Shown here in pieces: positions 1 through 10,679 of a stretch of DNA of 64,000 nucleotides. Origin of the DNA: an uncultured Gemmatimonadaceae bacterium (GTDB lineage Bacteria; Gemmatimonadota; Gemmatimonadetes; Gemmatimonadales; Gemmatimonadaceae); assembly GCA_963790305.1 (NCBI GenBank), contig CAWBOC010000006.1:64001-128000 (forward strand), written 5' to 3'. The position numbers were made by a program, and so were the translations under genes. How positions within the stretch are numbered: the stretch's first letter is position 1; the number at the start of each line of letters is the position of its first letter. The notes beneath the pieces were generated by a model. It was not told the origin of the DNA. It saw only the letters and a program-made list of their open reading frames with translations, and did not search any database.

Positions 1-54
1 AGCAGGAACGCTTGTGCGGGGTTCGCGTACTGCCTTACGAGTGATACGACTGAA

Positions 55-975
55 TCAGCGTGGCGGTGTTGCGGCGGTGTCCGCTCGCACTGCGTCGGCA
101 ACCGTCCCGGCGCCGACGATCACGATCTCGACTCGCCGATTCTGCTGCCGACCGGCAGCGTTGTCATTGCTGGCGACGGGACGGCCTTCGCCGAAGCCTT
201 CAGCGCTGATCCGCCCAGCTTCCACGCCTCCGGCGACCAGGGCAGTGCGCACCGAGTTCGCGCGGTCACGCGAGAGCTGGAGGTTGAACTCGTCGCCCCC
301 CGTGGCGTCGGTGTGGCCTTCCACGAGAATCTGGTGCTGCGGGTACTGGGTGAGGACGACGGCGATTCGCTGGATACTCGCCTGTGCGCCTGACTTGAGT
401 GTGCTCTTCCCAACATCGAACAGAATGTCGCTCAGGCTGATGACCAGACCACGCTGCGTTTCCTGAAGGTTGGTGATCTCGGCCACCAGGGAGCGCAACT
501 GCCCCACCGCCTCGTTCAGCCGGCGGTTCGCCTCTTCCGCCGCTTGCCGTAACGAGTCGTTGCGCTGACGGAGCGCTTCCGTTTCCTGCTCCGAGAGCTG
601 CCGCTTCGTCTCGAGGTCGGCGCGCTGTGCCTCGCTCAACGTGAGCAACCGCTGCAAACGCGCCGTGCGCAGGCTGTCCGAGACGCGCTCGGCGAGCTGG
701 CGCGCATTGTTCGCTTCCGCCGTCTGCGCGAGTCGGAGTGCGATGTGGCCAAGGGCGTCGATGTCGCTCTGGTGCTTGTGCGTGGTGAACGCGGCCTCGG
801 CCTCGGCGATGGCGGTGTTCGTCCGCAGCATGTCGGCCTCGACTCGGCGGTCGGCGCCCGAGGAGACGAGCCCCTGGTGGATGGCGCGGGCCTGAGCCAG
901 CTCACCCGAGGGTCGGGCCGTCGCGCAGGCCGCGACCATCAGCACGGCCGCGAGCTTCAGGAAACGCGCGGTCAT
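55..975 (-). CDS. OmpA-family peptidoglycan-binding lipoprotein with N-terminal DUF4398-like/coiled-coil region
   Basis: Lipobox-like MVAAC; C-terminal OmpA motifs LFDVGKS, VEGHTD, NLQLSRDRA, NRRVEI. Confidence 0.9.
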   Translation of the reverse strand: MTARFLKLAAVLMVAACATARPSGELAQARAIHQGLVSSGADRRVEADMLRTNTAIAEAEAAFTTHKHQSDIDALGHIALRLAQTAEANNARQLAERVSDSLRTARLQRLLTLSEAQRADLETKRQLSEQETEALRQRNDSLRQAAEEANRRLNEAVGQLRSLVAEITNLQETQRGLVISLSDILFDVGKSTLKSGAQASIQRIAVVLTQYPQHQILVEGHTDATGGDEFNLQLSRDRANSVRTALVAGGVEAGRISAEGFGEGRPVASNDNAAGRQQNRRVEIVIVGAGTVADAVRADTAATPPR

Positions 976-1334
976 CGCGCACCTCCCGGCGGGAGCGCCG
1001 CGAGCGCGGCACGCGCCCTCGTCTCTTCCCGCTGTGCCAGGTCCCGCTCAGCCGCGGCACGTGCATAACGAGCCTCGGCCTGGGCGCGAAGCGCCTCGAC
1101 CTGCGCCCGACCGCGCTCGCCTCGCTGCTCGAAACCGCGTGCGGCCTCGAGTGCCTGGCGCGCGGCCGTGATCGGCTCCGACGCCAACGAGTCCGCGCCC
1201 GCTTGCTGGGCGTCGGCGATCAGCCGCGCCGCCTCGGCGATGGTTGGCGTCGGGTTGACGTCGTTCATGTATGCCCGGCCGGGTGTGCACGCGACGAGCA
1301 ACAGCGCCCCGACCGTCAATACGGTATGTCGCAT
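972..1334 (-). CDS. Small DUF4398-like lipoprotein, partner of the OmpA gene
   Basis: ATG at 1334 preceded by GGAAGGAG; signal peptide LLLVAC; Ala-rich helical body; 4-bp overlap with OmpA start. Confidence 0.75.
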   Translation of the reverse strand: MRHTVLTVGALLLVACTPGRAYMNDVNPTPTIAEAARLIADAQQAGADSLASEPITAARQALEAARGFEQRGERGRAQVEALRAQAEARYARAAAERDLAQREETRARAALAALPPGGAR

Positions 1335-1450
1335 GGACGGCTCCTTCCGAGTGGAGTCGGGGAACCGTGCTGCAAAGGATGGGCCGAGAAGGATCGCCCG
1401 TCGGCATCCCCCTTCTATCAAACGGGCGTCGCGGGCATATTCCTCCACCG

Positions 1451-2002
1451 ATGCCTTCCAAGAATTCTGTCGTGCTCGATGCGCGCGCGGTCGACCGCGC
1501 CCTCAAGCGCATGGCCGACGAGATCGTCGAGCTCCACAACGGTACCGAGGATCTCATCCTCGTCGGCATTCAGCGGCGCGGGGTGCAGTTGGCCACGCGC
1601 ATCGTCGAGGCGATTCGCGAGCGCGAGAACGTCGAGGTACCGCGTGGCGCGCTCGACATCACGCTGTATCGGGACGATCTGCAGACCGTGGGCCCGCGAC
1701 CGGTCGTTGGCCCCACCGATCTCCCGTGGAACCTCGAAGGAAAGCACGTCGTGATCATCGATGACGTGCTCTACACGGGCCGCACCGTACGCGCCGCGCT
1801 CGACGAGCTCGCGGACTTTGGACGGCCCGCGCGCATCGCGCTGGCGGTCCTCGTCGACCGAGGTGGCCGTGAGCTTCCCATTCACGCCGACATCGTGGGG
1901 AAGAAGATCGAGGTCGCGCCCACCGACCGGGTCGACGTGCTCGTCGACGAGCTCGATGGCAAGGACGCCGTCGTCGTCGTGCCCCGAGACGAGGGCGCAT
2001 GA
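1451..2002 (+). CDS. pyrR: Bifunctional pyr regulator / uracil phosphoribosyltransferase PyrR
   Basis: [32 protein letters not shown] motifs; start trimmed to ATG 1451. Confidence 0.95.
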   Translation: MPSKNSVVLDARAVDRALKRMADEIVELHNGTEDLILVGIQRRGVQLATRIVEAIRERENVEVPRGALDITLYRDDLQTVGPRPVVGPTDLPWNLEGKHVVIIDDVLYTGRTVRAALDELADFGRPARIALAVLVDRGGRELPIHADIVGKKIEVAPTDRVDVLVDELDGKDAVVVVPRDEGA

Positions 2003-2961
2003 CGAGAACGCTCGGCAAGGACCTGCTCGGGCTCGAGCCCCTCTCGACGGAGCAGATTCGATTGATCCTCGATACCGCCGAGCCGTTCAAGGAAGTCAGC
2101 GAGCGCCAGATCAAGAAGGTCCCCGCGTTGCGCGGGATGATGATCGCCAACCTCTTCTTCGAGGCGTCGACACGGACGCGCATCTCGTTCGAGTTCGCGG
2201 AGAAGCGCCTGTCGGCCGACACCGTGAACGTCGGCTCATCGGGGTCGAGCGTGCAGAAAGGGGAGACCCTCGTCGACACCGCGCGCAACCTCGAGGCGAT
2301 GCGGATCAACATGGTCGTCATCCGCCACTCGGCGTCCGGGGCCGCGCACTTCCTGGCCGACCGCATCCAGTCGAACGTCATCAATGCCGGTGACGGCACG
2401 CACGAGCATCCCACGCAGGGGCTCCTCGATCTCCTCACGCTGCGCGATCACTTCCGCACCCTCGAGGGGCGTCGCGTGTGCATCGTCGGCGATGTGCTGC
2501 ACTCGCGCGTCGCCCGCTCGAACATTTGGGGACTCACGAAAATGGGGGTCGAGGTCGCGGTATGCGGGCCTCGCTCACTCCTTCCCAAGGACGTCGGCGA
2601 ATTCGGCGTGAAGGTCTTCAAGCGCATCGAGGAGGCCATCGAATGGGCGGAAGCCCTCAACGTGTTGCGGCTTCAGCTGGAGCGGATGGAGGCGGGATAC
2701 ATCCCCTCGCTGCGCGAGTACAACCGCGTCTTCGGCGTGACACGCGAGCGGCTCGAGCACGCCGGTCACGAGGTGCTCATCATGCATCCCGGGCCGATGA
2801 ATCGCGGCGTCGAAATCGATTCCGATGTCGCTGACGGCGCGCAGAGCGTGATTCTCGACCAGGTGACGAACGGTGTCGCGGTGCGCATGGCCGTGCTCTA
2901 CCTGCTCGCCGGCGGACGTCCCGAGCTGGCGGACGCCGCGAAAGGAGGGAGCGAGCGGTGA
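1999..2961 (+). CDS. pyrB: Aspartate carbamoyltransferase catalytic subunit
   Basis: [19 protein letters not shown] motifs. Confidence 0.97.
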   Translation: MTRTLGKDLLGLEPLSTEQIRLILDTAEPFKEVSERQIKKVPALRGMMIANLFFEASTRTRISFEFAEKRLSADTVNVGSSGSSVQKGETLVDTARNLEAMRINMVVIRHSASGAAHFLADRIQSNVINAGDGTHEHPTQGLLDLLTLRDHFRTLEGRRVCIVGDVLHSRVARSNIWGLTKMGVEVAVCGPRSLLPKDVGEFGVKVFKRIEEAIEWAEALNVLRLQLERMEAGYIPSLREYNRVFGVTRERLEHAGHEVLIMHPGPMNRGVEIDSDVADGAQSVILDQVTNGVAVRMAVLYLLAGGRPELADAAKGGSER

Positions 2962-4274
2962 CGACACGAGAGCGCTCGGGACATATGCGCCGCGATGTCC
3001 TCCTGCGAGGCGGTCGCATTCTCGATCCATCGCAAGGCATCGATGAGCTGGGCGACCTGCTGTTGCGCGGCGGCGTCGTGGAAGCGCACGGGCGATCCCT
3101 GGGGACGCCTGACGATGCCGACGTCATCGACTGCGGTGGGGCCGTGATTGCGCCAGGCTTCATTGACGTCCACTGCCACCTCCGCGAGCCTGGGCGCGAG
3201 GATGTGGAGACGATCGCGACCGGCGCGCGCGCCGCCGCCGCCGGTGGCTTCACGGCGGTGTGCGCGATGCCCAACACCGAGCCGGTGACCGACAATCAGG
3301 CTGCCGTCGGGTTTATCCTGCGCCAGGCGATGCGCGCCGGTGCGGCGCGCGTCTATCCGATCGGCGCGATTTCGCTCGGACAGCGCGGCGAGCAGCTGGC
3401 GGAATTCGGCGAGATGGTCGGGGCAGGGGCCGTCGCGGTCAGTGACGACGGCAAACCCGTCGCCTCCGCGCACCTCATGCGGACCGCACTCGAGTATGCG
3501 CAGTCGTTCGGCATTCCGGTGATCGATCACTGCGAGGAGCCGACGCTCGCGGCAGGCGGCGCGATGCACGAAGGCATCGTCAGCGCGCGTCTCGGCATCA
3601 AGGGCATTCCGAGCGAGGCCGAGGAGGTCATGGTCGCGCGTGACATTCTTCTGGCACGGCTGACCGGCGGTCACGTGCACTTGGCGCATATGAGCACTCG
3701 CGGATCGGTCGAGCTCATTCGATGGGGGAAGGCACAGGGCGTGGCGGTGACGGCCGAGGTCACGCCGCACCATTTGACGCTTACCGAGAATGCCTGCGAG
3801 GGCTACGACACGCACGCGAAGATGAATCCGCCGCTGCGCACCGCCGACGATCTCGAGGCGCTGCGGGAGGGGGTTCGCGACGGTACGATCGACGTCATCG
3901 CGACGGATCACGCGCCGCACCACTACGACGCGAAGGAACGCGAATTCGCTGACGCACCGTTTGGGATCGTCGGTCTCGAGACAGCGCTTGGCGTACTGCT
4001 CACCGACCTCGTTCACACCGGTATCGTCGACTTGTCGGTGCTGGTCGATCGCTTGGCGTGCGCGCCCGCGAGGCTCTTTCATCTGCCGGGCGGTACACTC
4101 GCGCGAGGCACACCCGCGCACGTCACGGTGTTCGATCCCACGCGGGAGTGGTCGGTGGAGCCAACGGCGTTCGTGTCGAAAGGTCGCAACACACCATACG
4201 CCGAGCGCTTGCTCCGTGGCCGCGCCATCGCCACGATCGTCGATGGGCACGTGATCTATCGACTCGAGGAATGA
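2958..4274 (+). CDS. pyrC: Dihydroorotase
   Basis: [28 protein letters not shown] motifs. Confidence 0.95.
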   Translation: MTTRERSGHMRRDVLLRGGRILDPSQGIDELGDLLLRGGVVEAHGRSLGTPDDADVIDCGGAVIAPGFIDVHCHLREPGREDVETIATGARAAAAGGFTAVCAMPNTEPVTDNQAAVGFILRQAMRAGAARVYPIGAISLGQRGEQLAEFGEMVGAGAVAVSDDGKPVASAHLMRTALEYAQSFGIPVIDHCEEPTLAAGGAMHEGIVSARLGIKGIPSEAEEVMVARDILLARLTGGHVHLAHMSTRGSVELIRWGKAQGVAVTAEVTPHHLTLTENACEGYDTHAKMNPPLRTADDLEALREGVRDGTIDVIATDHAPHHYDAKEREFADAPFGIVGLETALGVLLTDLVHTGIVDLSVLVDRLACAPARLFHLPGGTLARGTPAHVTVFDPTREWSVEPTAFVSKGRNTPYAERLLRGRAIATIVDGHVIYRLEE

Positions 4275-4280
4275 TTCGAA

Positions 4281-4973
4281 GTGCCAGGCGCGGTCACCAC
4301 TCGGCGCGAGATCGTCACCGTTTGCCACCGCTTGTGGGAGCGCGGGCTGATCGCCGGCCCCGACGGAAATGTCTCCGTGCGCTTGAGCACGGATCGCATT
4401 CTGGTGACGCCGGCGGGGATGGCGAAGGTGGATGTTCGGCCCGAAGATCTGGTTGAAGTCGGTTCTGACGGTCGGCGCCTACGCGGGACCCGTCACCCGT
4501 CGAGCGAGCTAGCGGTGCACCTGCGCATCTACGCTCAGCGTCCCGATGTGGGCGCGATCGTCCACGCGCATCCCCCGATCGCGACGGGGTTCGCCGTTGC
4601 GGGAGAGGGGTTTGCCTCGTGCGTACTCCCGGAGGTTATCTTTCAGGTGGGCTGGGTGCCGCTCGTTCCGTACGAGATGCCGGGAACGGAGGCGCTTGCC
4701 CGGCAATTCGATCCGTTCATCCCGATGCACGACGCCTTCCTCATGGCGAATCATGGCGCGGTGACGGCCGGACCGACGTTGTCGATTGCACACCAACGGA
4801 TGGAAAGCCTGGAGCACGCGGCGCGCATCCTGCTCACTTCGCGGCTGCTCGGCCGTGTGAACGAGCTCTCGGCCGATCAGGTAGCTGCCCTCGTCGCGGC
4901 ACGCGGGCGCGCGGGATTCCCGGGACCGTATCCCGGGTGTCCGGCACCGGATGACCAGCGGAGACACGAATGA
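4281..4973 (+). CDS. Class II aldolase/adducin family protein
   Basis: DGNVS, PSSE, HAHP, NHG metal-binding motifs. Confidence 0.88.
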   Translation: MPGAVTTRREIVTVCHRLWERGLIAGPDGNVSVRLSTDRILVTPAGMAKVDVRPEDLVEVGSDGRRLRGTRHPSSELAVHLRIYAQRPDVGAIVHAHPPIATGFAVAGEGFASCVLPEVIFQVGWVPLVPYEMPGTEALARQFDPFIPMHDAFLMANHGAVTAGPTLSIAHQRMESLEHAARILLTSRLLGRVNELSADQVAALVAARGRAGFPGPYPGCPAPDDQRRHE

Positions 4974-5806
4974 CCAATCCGCCCACGAACACTGCGTCGA
5001 ACGTCGCATTGCTCATGGCGGAGCGTGCGCGGTTCGAATCGTGGCTCGCCGCGCTCGAGGCGCGCCGCGATTCGACACCCGCGCACATCTATCAGCGCGT
5101 TCATGGCGACTACGCGCTCCGATTGCAGAAGGTGGTCGATCAGCTGCTCACGCACATGTCGGACATCGAGGCGGCCGCGAAATCGCTCGCCGAGCGGCTC
5201 GGGGAGCTCGAGCGCGGCGAGGCGAAGCATCGCGACGAGCGGTCGGAAGCCGAGTTGCGCGCCTCGGTTGGCGAATTGTCGGCTGATGCCTACGACGAAA
5301 TCCTGCGACGCACCGATGAGGCGACAGCGTCGATCGCGCTGGAGCGAACGCAGGCGAGCGTCGAGCTGACGCGGCTGCGCGAGGTGCTGGCGCTGAACGC
5401 GCCGAAGAGCGGGACGCCGCGTGAGGCCATGACTCGTGAGGCACGCACCCCGGCCGCGCCGATCGCGCCGACGAAAGCGACGCCGTCACGCCCGGAAAGC
5501 GGTGGGGTCGGCTTCGACGAGCTGGAGTTTCTCAAATCGGTGGTCGACTCTCGTGGCCGGCCGGTGAACCCCACGCCGTCGGCGGGTCAGGCAGCGAGCG
5601 AAGCGCAGAGCAATCCATTTGGGCTCGGCATTCCCTCGGAGCCAGCGTCGCCGCATATGCCTCGGCAGTCCACCCAGGTGCCGTCATTCCTCAAGGATGT
5701 GCCGAGCGAGCAGGTGAAAACGCTCAAGTGCCAGGAGTGCAGCACCATGAACTACCCGACGGAATGGTACTGCGAGCGATGCGGCGCTGAGCTCGCTGCG
5801 CTGTAG
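4970..5806 (+). CDS. Hypothetical coiled-coil protein with C-terminal zinc ribbon
   Basis: Helical N-terminal half, Pro-rich linker, C-terminal CQEC...CERC; coupled to the aldolase stop. Confidence 0.75.
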   Translation: MTNPPTNTASNVALLMAERARFESWLAALEARRDSTPAHIYQRVHGDYALRLQKVVDQLLTHMSDIEAAAKSLAERLGELERGEAKHRDERSEAELRASVGELSADAYDEILRRTDEATASIALERTQASVELTRLREVLALNAPKSGTPREAMTREARTPAAPIAPTKATPSRPESGGVGFDELEFLKSVVDSRGRPVNPTPSAGQAASEAQSNPFGLGIPSEPASPHMPRQSTQVPSFLKDVPSEQVKTLKCQECSTMNYPTEWYCERCGAELAAL

Positions 5807-5809
5807 CAC

Positions 5810-5846
5810 AAAAAAAACCCGGGCACCTGCCCGGGTTTCATTTTTG
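5810..5846. terminator. Bidirectional intrinsic terminator
   Basis: AAACCCGGGC-ACCT-GCCCGGGTTT hairpin with A tract 5' and T tract 3', between convergent genes. Confidence 0.85.
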
Positions 5847-5860
5847 TCGATCGGTACGAT

Positions 5861-6097
5861 CTACTTGGACGCCTTCGCGAGTCGGCTCTTGTACCGCGCG
5901 GCGGCGTTGCGATGAATGAGGCCCTTGCGAGCGGCGCGATCGAGCAGGCTGATCGCTCCGAGACGGTTCTCGTTGGTGGCGTTCGCGTCGGTGGCCTTCT
6001 TGAGGGCGGTGCGAAGGGCCGAGCGCTGCGCGCGATTGCGCACCGCGGCGGCACGCGACTTCCGCATGTTCTTCTCGGCGGACTTGATATTCGGCAC
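5861..6097 (-). CDS. rpsT: 30S ribosomal protein S20
   Basis: MPNIKSAEK... and KGLIHRNAAARYKSRL signature. Confidence 0.97.
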   Translation of the reverse strand: MPNIKSAEKNMRKSRAAAVRNRAQRSALRTALKKATDANATNENRLGAISLLDRAARKGLIHRNAAARYKSRLAKASK

Positions 6098-6147
6098 GAC
6101 GAAACTCTCCGGAGAGGCGATGATGCGACTGCGATTTCGGAGGGCGA

Positions 6148-6176
6148 AAGCTAGGCCGCGAGATCACGGATGTCAA
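6148..6176 (-). promoter_or_regulatory. Sigma70-type promoter for rpsT
   Basis: TTGACA-17 nt-TAGCTT on the minus strand. Confidence 0.7.
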
Positions 6177-6190
6177 GGCGCCACATGGCT

Positions 6191-6219
6191 TTGACATCAT
6201 TTCACGCGGCGGGTACCTT
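6191..6219 (+). promoter_or_regulatory. Sigma70-type promoter for the S2P-scpAB-rluB operon (back-to-back with rpsT promoter)
   Basis: TTGACA-17 nt-TACCTT. Confidence 0.7.
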
Positions 6220-6266
6220 ACGCGCGGTCCAATGCGTGGACCGCGCTCACTTCCACCGCGCCGCGC

Positions 6267-6947
6267 TTGAATCTTGAACAGTTCCTGCTTGCACTGCCGG
6301 TCCTCCTGTTCTCGATGATCGCGCACGAGTATGCGCACGGATACGCGGCGCTCAAGCAGGGCGACCCCACGGCATACCAGCTGGGCCGGCTGACGTGGAA
6401 TCCGATCAAGCACATCGATCCTTTTCTGACGATCCTCATGCCCGCGTTGACCTTCTTCTGGTCGAATGGGGGAATGATCTTCGGCGGCGCCAAGCCAGTG
6501 CCGGTGGTACCGCGTAACTATCGCAACTTCAAGCGCGGCGACATCATCGTGTCGCTCGCTGGCGTCGCCGCCAATGCGGTGATCGCGCTCGTATGTGTCG
6601 TGCTCGCCGTCGTCGTGGGTGCCATTGGTCGAAGCGCGCCAGGCGCGGCGGAAGTGCTCGGGTATGCGCAGGACATGTTGCGGTTCGGCATTCTGATCAA
6701 CCTCGTGCTGATCATGTTCAATCTGCTGCCGGTGCCGCCGCTCGACGGATCGCACGTGATGAAGTACCTGCTGCCACCTGCATGGGCGCTGCAGTACCAG
6801 CGCATTGGAGCGTACGGATTGCTGATCCTCATCCTGCTGCTCTCCTTTGCGCCGGCCGTGATCGCGACCTGGATGGCGCCGGTCCGTCTGTTGATGGGCG
6901 TCGCGACGCGCCTCATCGCGCCATTTGACCTTCGGGAGCCGACGTGA
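6267..6947 (+). CDS. Site-2 protease (peptidase M50 family)
   Basis: HEYAH and NLLPVPPLDG motifs, multiple TM segments. Confidence 0.92.
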   Translation: MNLEQFLLALPVLLFSMIAHEYAHGYAALKQGDPTAYQLGRLTWNPIKHIDPFLTILMPALTFFWSNGGMIFGGAKPVPVVPRNYRNFKRGDIIVSLAGVAANAVIALVCVVLAVVVGAIGRSAPGAAEVLGYAQDMLRFGILINLVLIMFNLLPVPPLDGSHVMKYLLPPAWALQYQRIGAYGLLILILLLSFAPAVIATWMAPVRLLMGVATRLIAPFDLREPT

Positions 6948-7678
6948 GCGCAACCCTCGAGGCGGAAGCCACCAGAACGTTCATCGTCGAGCTCGACCAA
7001 TTCTCCGGTCCGCTCGATCTTCTCCTCGCCCTCATTCGCGAGGAGGAAGTGGAGATCACCGACATTCCGATTGCGCGCATCTGCGAGCAGTTTCTCGCCC
7101 GCATTCACGGGCTCGAGCTGAGCGATGCGGCGGAATACCTCGAGATGGCGGCGCGGCTCCTTCGCATCAAGGCGCAGATGCTGCTGCCGCGGTCGCAAGA
7201 CGACGAGAGTTGGGAGGATCCGCGTGCCGAGCTGGTACGGCGGCTCCTCGAGTACCAGCAGATGCGCGAAGTCGTCGACGTGCTCGAGGATCGGTCGGAG
7301 GATCGGCGCAACCGCTTCGCGCGCGGCTGGCTCCCGGCCGAGCCGAGTCCGCCCTCGAGCCCGCTCGCGCTGTCGCTTCCGGAGCTGCTCTCCGCGGTTG
7401 ATCGAGTGCTCCGCGTCGCCACGCGACCGCTGCTGCATGACATCGTGCCGCGCGCGCTCGACGTCGACGGTGCGATGGCGGCCATTCGTGCCGTACTCAG
7501 CCTGCGCGCCGTCGCGCGCTGGTCCGATGTCGTTCGCCCTGGCGCCGAGCCCTGGCAAGTACTCTCCGCGTTACTGGCGCTGCTCGAGCTGGCGCGCCGC
7601 GGTGAGCTCAAGCTCGCGCAGGTTCGCCCCTTCGCCATCGTCGAGATCTCGCGTGACGCCGCTAGCGAAGCTGCTTGA
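6944..7678 (+). CDS. scpA: Segregation and condensation protein A
   Basis: FSGPLDLLL, EYLEMAARLLRIKAQMLLP, DPRAELVRRLLEY. Confidence 0.93.
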   Translation: MSATLEAEATRTFIVELDQFSGPLDLLLALIREEEVEITDIPIARICEQFLARIHGLELSDAAEYLEMAARLLRIKAQMLLPRSQDDESWEDPRAELVRRLLEYQQMREVVDVLEDRSEDRRNRFARGWLPAEPSPPSSPLALSLPELLSAVDRVLRVATRPLLHDIVPRALDVDGAMAAIRAVLSLRAVARWSDVVRPGAEPWQVLSALLALLELARRGELKLAQVRPFAIVEISRDAASEAA

Positions 7679-8222
7679 GGCGGCGCTGTTCGCGAGCGGC
7701 CGTCCGATCCCGACGGACGAGCTCGCGGCGCTCGACGAGGATTCAAGCGCCGCCGCCGTTGCCGCGGCCCTCGATGAGATACGCGAGCATTACGACGTCG
7801 AGGGCCACGGCGTGGAGCTGGTGGAGATCGCTGGCGGCTGGCAGATCCTGACTCGGGCGGAGTACACCGAGGCGATCGAGCGGGCGCAGCTCGCGGCGCG
7901 GCCGCAGCGGCTGTCCGGCGCGGCGCTGGAGACACTCGCCATCATCGCCTATCGCCAGCCGATCTCGCGCGCCGACATCGAGGAGATCCGCGGTGTCGCG
8001 GTGGGCGGTGTCCTCAAGTCCCTGCACGAGCGTGGACTGATCGACGTCGTCGGTCGTGCCGAGGGGCTGGGACGTCCGCTGCTGTACGGAACGACTCCAC
8101 TTTTCCTCGAGCATTTCGCGCTCCGGCACCTGGAGGAGCTCCCGCGGGCCGACGAGCTCGCGATCGCGCTCCGGGTGGTTGCGTCCTCCGACGCCACGCC
8201 GTCGCCTAACGCGGCCGAGTGA
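7653..8222 (+). CDS. scpB: Segregation and condensation protein B
   Basis: [39 protein letters not shown]; start trimmed to GTG 7653. Confidence 0.93.
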   Translation: MTPLAKLLEAALFASGRPIPTDELAALDEDSSAAAVAAALDEIREHYDVEGHGVELVEIAGGWQILTRAEYTEAIERAQLAARPQRLSGAALETLAIIAYRQPISRADIEEIRGVAVGGVLKSLHERGLIDVVGRAEGLGRPLLYGTTPLFLEHFALRHLEELPRADELAIALRVVASSDATPSPNAAE

Positions 8223-8227
8223 GGCCG

Positions 8228-8948
8228 ATGGTGGCGATGCGCATCCAGCGGGCGTTGGCTCGCGCCGGCGTCGCATCACGGCGCGGGGCGGAAGCGCTCG
8301 TCGTCGCCGGACGGGTGACCGTCAACGGCACGCCCGCCCGCACCGGGCAGAGCGTGGATCCGGAGCGGGACAGCATCGCCGTCGATGGGCGCCCGGTCGT
8401 CGCGCAGACGGTCACCGCCTGGCTGGTGATGAACAAGCCCGGCGGAGTGCTCACCACGCGGTCCGACCCCCAGGGTCGTCGCACGATCTTCGACCTGGTC
8501 CCCTCGATGCCGGGGCTCACCTACGTGGGCCGGCTCGATTATCTGACCGAAGGCGTTCTGTTGTTGACGACGGACGGCGATGGCGCGCACGCGCTCACGC
8601 ACCCCAGTCGTGCGGTCGAGCGCGAGTACGTCGCGACAGTGCGAGGGAATGCCGCAGCGGCGGTTCGCATCGCCCGCCGGGGCGTGGACCTCGAGGACGG
8701 GCCGGTGCGGTTGCAGGACATTCGATGCCACCTCGCTCGGGGGCGGGCGGTGGGAGGTTCGCGTGCTCATTGCCGAAGGGCGGAACCGTGAAGTGCGCCG
8801 GCTCTGCCTCGCGTTAGGCCTGGAAGTCGACCGCCTCGTACGGACGCGCTTTGGCCCGGTGACGCTCGGCAAGCTCGCCCCCGGAGCGACGCGCAAGCTG
8901 ACCGCGCGCGAACGGGAGATCATCGACGCGCTCGTTCGCGAGCGCTGA
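8228..8948 (+). CDS. rluB: RluB-type pseudouridine synthase (apparent +1 frameshift near 8721)
   Basis: S4 domain [25 protein letters not shown]-terminal EGRNREVRR lies in the adjacent frame. Confidence 0.85.
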
Positions 8949-8953
8949 GCGTC

Positions 8954-10579
8954 ATGGAAATCCGCGACTCGACGGTGCTCCTGCTGGGCGGCGCAGGGCT
9001 GGTTGGCACGGCGGTGGCGCGCCGGCTCGCTCAGCATCAGCCGCGGCGGCTGGTCATTACCGCGCTCACGCGCGCGGAGGCGGAAGCGGGAGTTCGCGAG
9101 CTCGAAGGAGAGTTGGGCGTCCCCGTCGAGGCCCGGTGGGGGAACATCTTCCTGCCCAGCGACCTCGCCGAGCGGAGCCGCGACGATCTCATGCGCGATC
9201 CCGCCGCTCGGCGACGCATGACCGATGACGTGTTCCGCCCGGCGAGCGCGGCCTTCGACGAGAATCTCCTCTTTCAGTGGCTGACGACGATTCGCCCCGA
9301 CGCCGTCGTCGACTGCGTCAACAGCGCAACCGCCCTGGCGTACCAGGATGTCTTCGCGAGCTCGTCGCGTCTGATGGACGCGGCGACGCGCGGAAGTGCG
9401 AGCGTCGAGGAGGTCGAGCGCCACCTGCTGACGCTACCGTTGCCACAGATCATTCGACACATGCAGACCCTGTTCGAGGGACTGCGGCGTGCGGGGACCA
9501 AGGCGTATGTGAAGATCGGGACCAGCGGCACGGGCGGGATGGGGCTGAACATCCCGTACACGCACAGCGAGGAGAAGCCGTCGCGGACGCTGATGTCCAA
9601 GTCCGCGGTCGCGGGCGCGCAGAGCATGTTTCTCTTTCTCATGGCGCGGACGCCGGGTGCACCCGCCACGATCGAGATCAAGCCGACGGCGGTGATCGGG
9701 TGGAAGGAGATCGGCTATGGGCCGGTGCGGCGGGGTGGGCGTCCCGTCGAGCTCGTCGACTGCGAGACGCCAATGCGTGTGGCCGACGCCTTCGCTCCTG
9801 GCGCTGACGGATGGACGAAGACCGGGCGCCACCTCGAGAGCGTCTTCATTAATGTCGGCGAGAACGGCGTCTTCGCGCGCGACGAATTCGAGACGGTCAC
9901 GGCGCTCGGACAGATGGAGCTGGTGACGCCGGAAGAGATCGCCGACGCCGTGATCATGGAGCTCACGGGGCATCCGACCGGGAAGGACGTCGTTGCGGCA
10001 TTGGACGGCGCGACGTTCGGTCCGACCTATCGTGGCGGGTACCTTCGATCGGTCGCCATTGCCGGCCTCCGAGCGCTCGAGGAGCGGCATGGCGTGCGGT
10101 CGGTCGCCTTCGAGATGCTGGGACCGCCGCGACTCACCAAGCTGCTCTTCGAAGCGTACCTGATCGGTCGGCTGTATCCCTCGGTGCGCGCGCTGGCGAT
10201 GGCTGATGCGGACTGCGCGGCGCGCGATTGCGAGCGCCTCGTTCGCGAGACGGAGCCGATGGTGCGGCGGCAGATCCTGTCCGTGGGCATCCCGATCCTG
10301 CTCGCGAATGGCGAGCACGTCCTGCGAGGCGAGAAGGTCGTCGTTCCGCCCGAGGATCGTGGCGCGGACATCGCGTATCGGGGGTGGGTGGACCTGCGGC
10401 CGGCCAATCTGGCGCTCTGGATCAAGCGAGCCGCCGGAATCGCCGCGGTCGAGCCGGACCCGCGAACGGGCTCGAGCGCCCGCTGGACCGCGATCGATCC
10501 GGACGCGCCGATCGAGCCTGCACGCATGGCGGTGTGGGTGTTCGAGGAAGAAGACGAGGGGTATAGGATAAAGCGCTAG
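8954..10579 (+). CDS. Uncharacterised Rossmann-fold (SDR/epimerase-like) protein, 541 aa
   Basis: N-terminal LLGGAGLVG nucleotide-binding motif; long ORF in operon orientation. Confidence 0.7.
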   Translation: MEIRDSTVLLLGGAGLVGTAVARRLAQHQPRRLVITALTRAEAEAGVRELEGELGVPVEARWGNIFLPSDLAERSRDDLMRDPAARRRMTDDVFRPASAAFDENLLFQWLTTIRPDAVVDCVNSATALAYQDVFASSSRLMDAATRGSASVEEVERHLLTLPLPQIIRHMQTLFEGLRRAGTKAYVKIGTSGTGGMGLNIPYTHSEEKPSRTLMSKSAVAGAQSMFLFLMARTPGAPATIEIKPTAVIGWKEIGYGPVRRGGRPVELVDCETPMRVADAFAPGADGWTKTGRHLESVFINVGENGVFARDEFETVTALGQMELVTPEEIADAVIMELTGHPTGKDVVAALDGATFGPTYRGGYLRSVAIAGLRALEERHGVRSVAFEMLGPPRLTKLLFEAYLIGRLYPSVRALAMADADCAARDCERLVRETEPMVRRQILSVGIPILLANGEHVLRGEKVVVPPEDRGADIAYRGWVDLRPANLALWIKRAAGIAAVEPDPRTGSSARWTAIDPDAPIEPARMAVWVFEEEDEGYRIKR

Positions 10580-10645
10580 AGGCGCTAGAGGCGCTAAAGG
10601 CGCTTGTCTCAGCGCCTTTAGCGCCTCTAGCGCCTTTAGCGCTTT
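10570..10645. repeat. Inverted tandem-repeat element, 9-nt unit GCGCTARAG, 35-bp arms, 6-nt loop
   Basis: AAAGCGCTAGAGGCGCTAGAGGCGCTAAAGGCGCT / AGCGCCTTTAGCGCCTCTAGCGCCTTTAGCGCTTT, one mismatch. Confidence 0.95.
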
Positions 10646-10679
10646 GATACACTGCACCGAACCGTTCACGAGGATCTCA

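Noticed and set aside
1335..1450. PyrR-binding attenuator upstream of pyrR
   Set aside because: I found no ARUCCNGNGAGGYU-like loop or terminator with a U tract in the short divergent spacer
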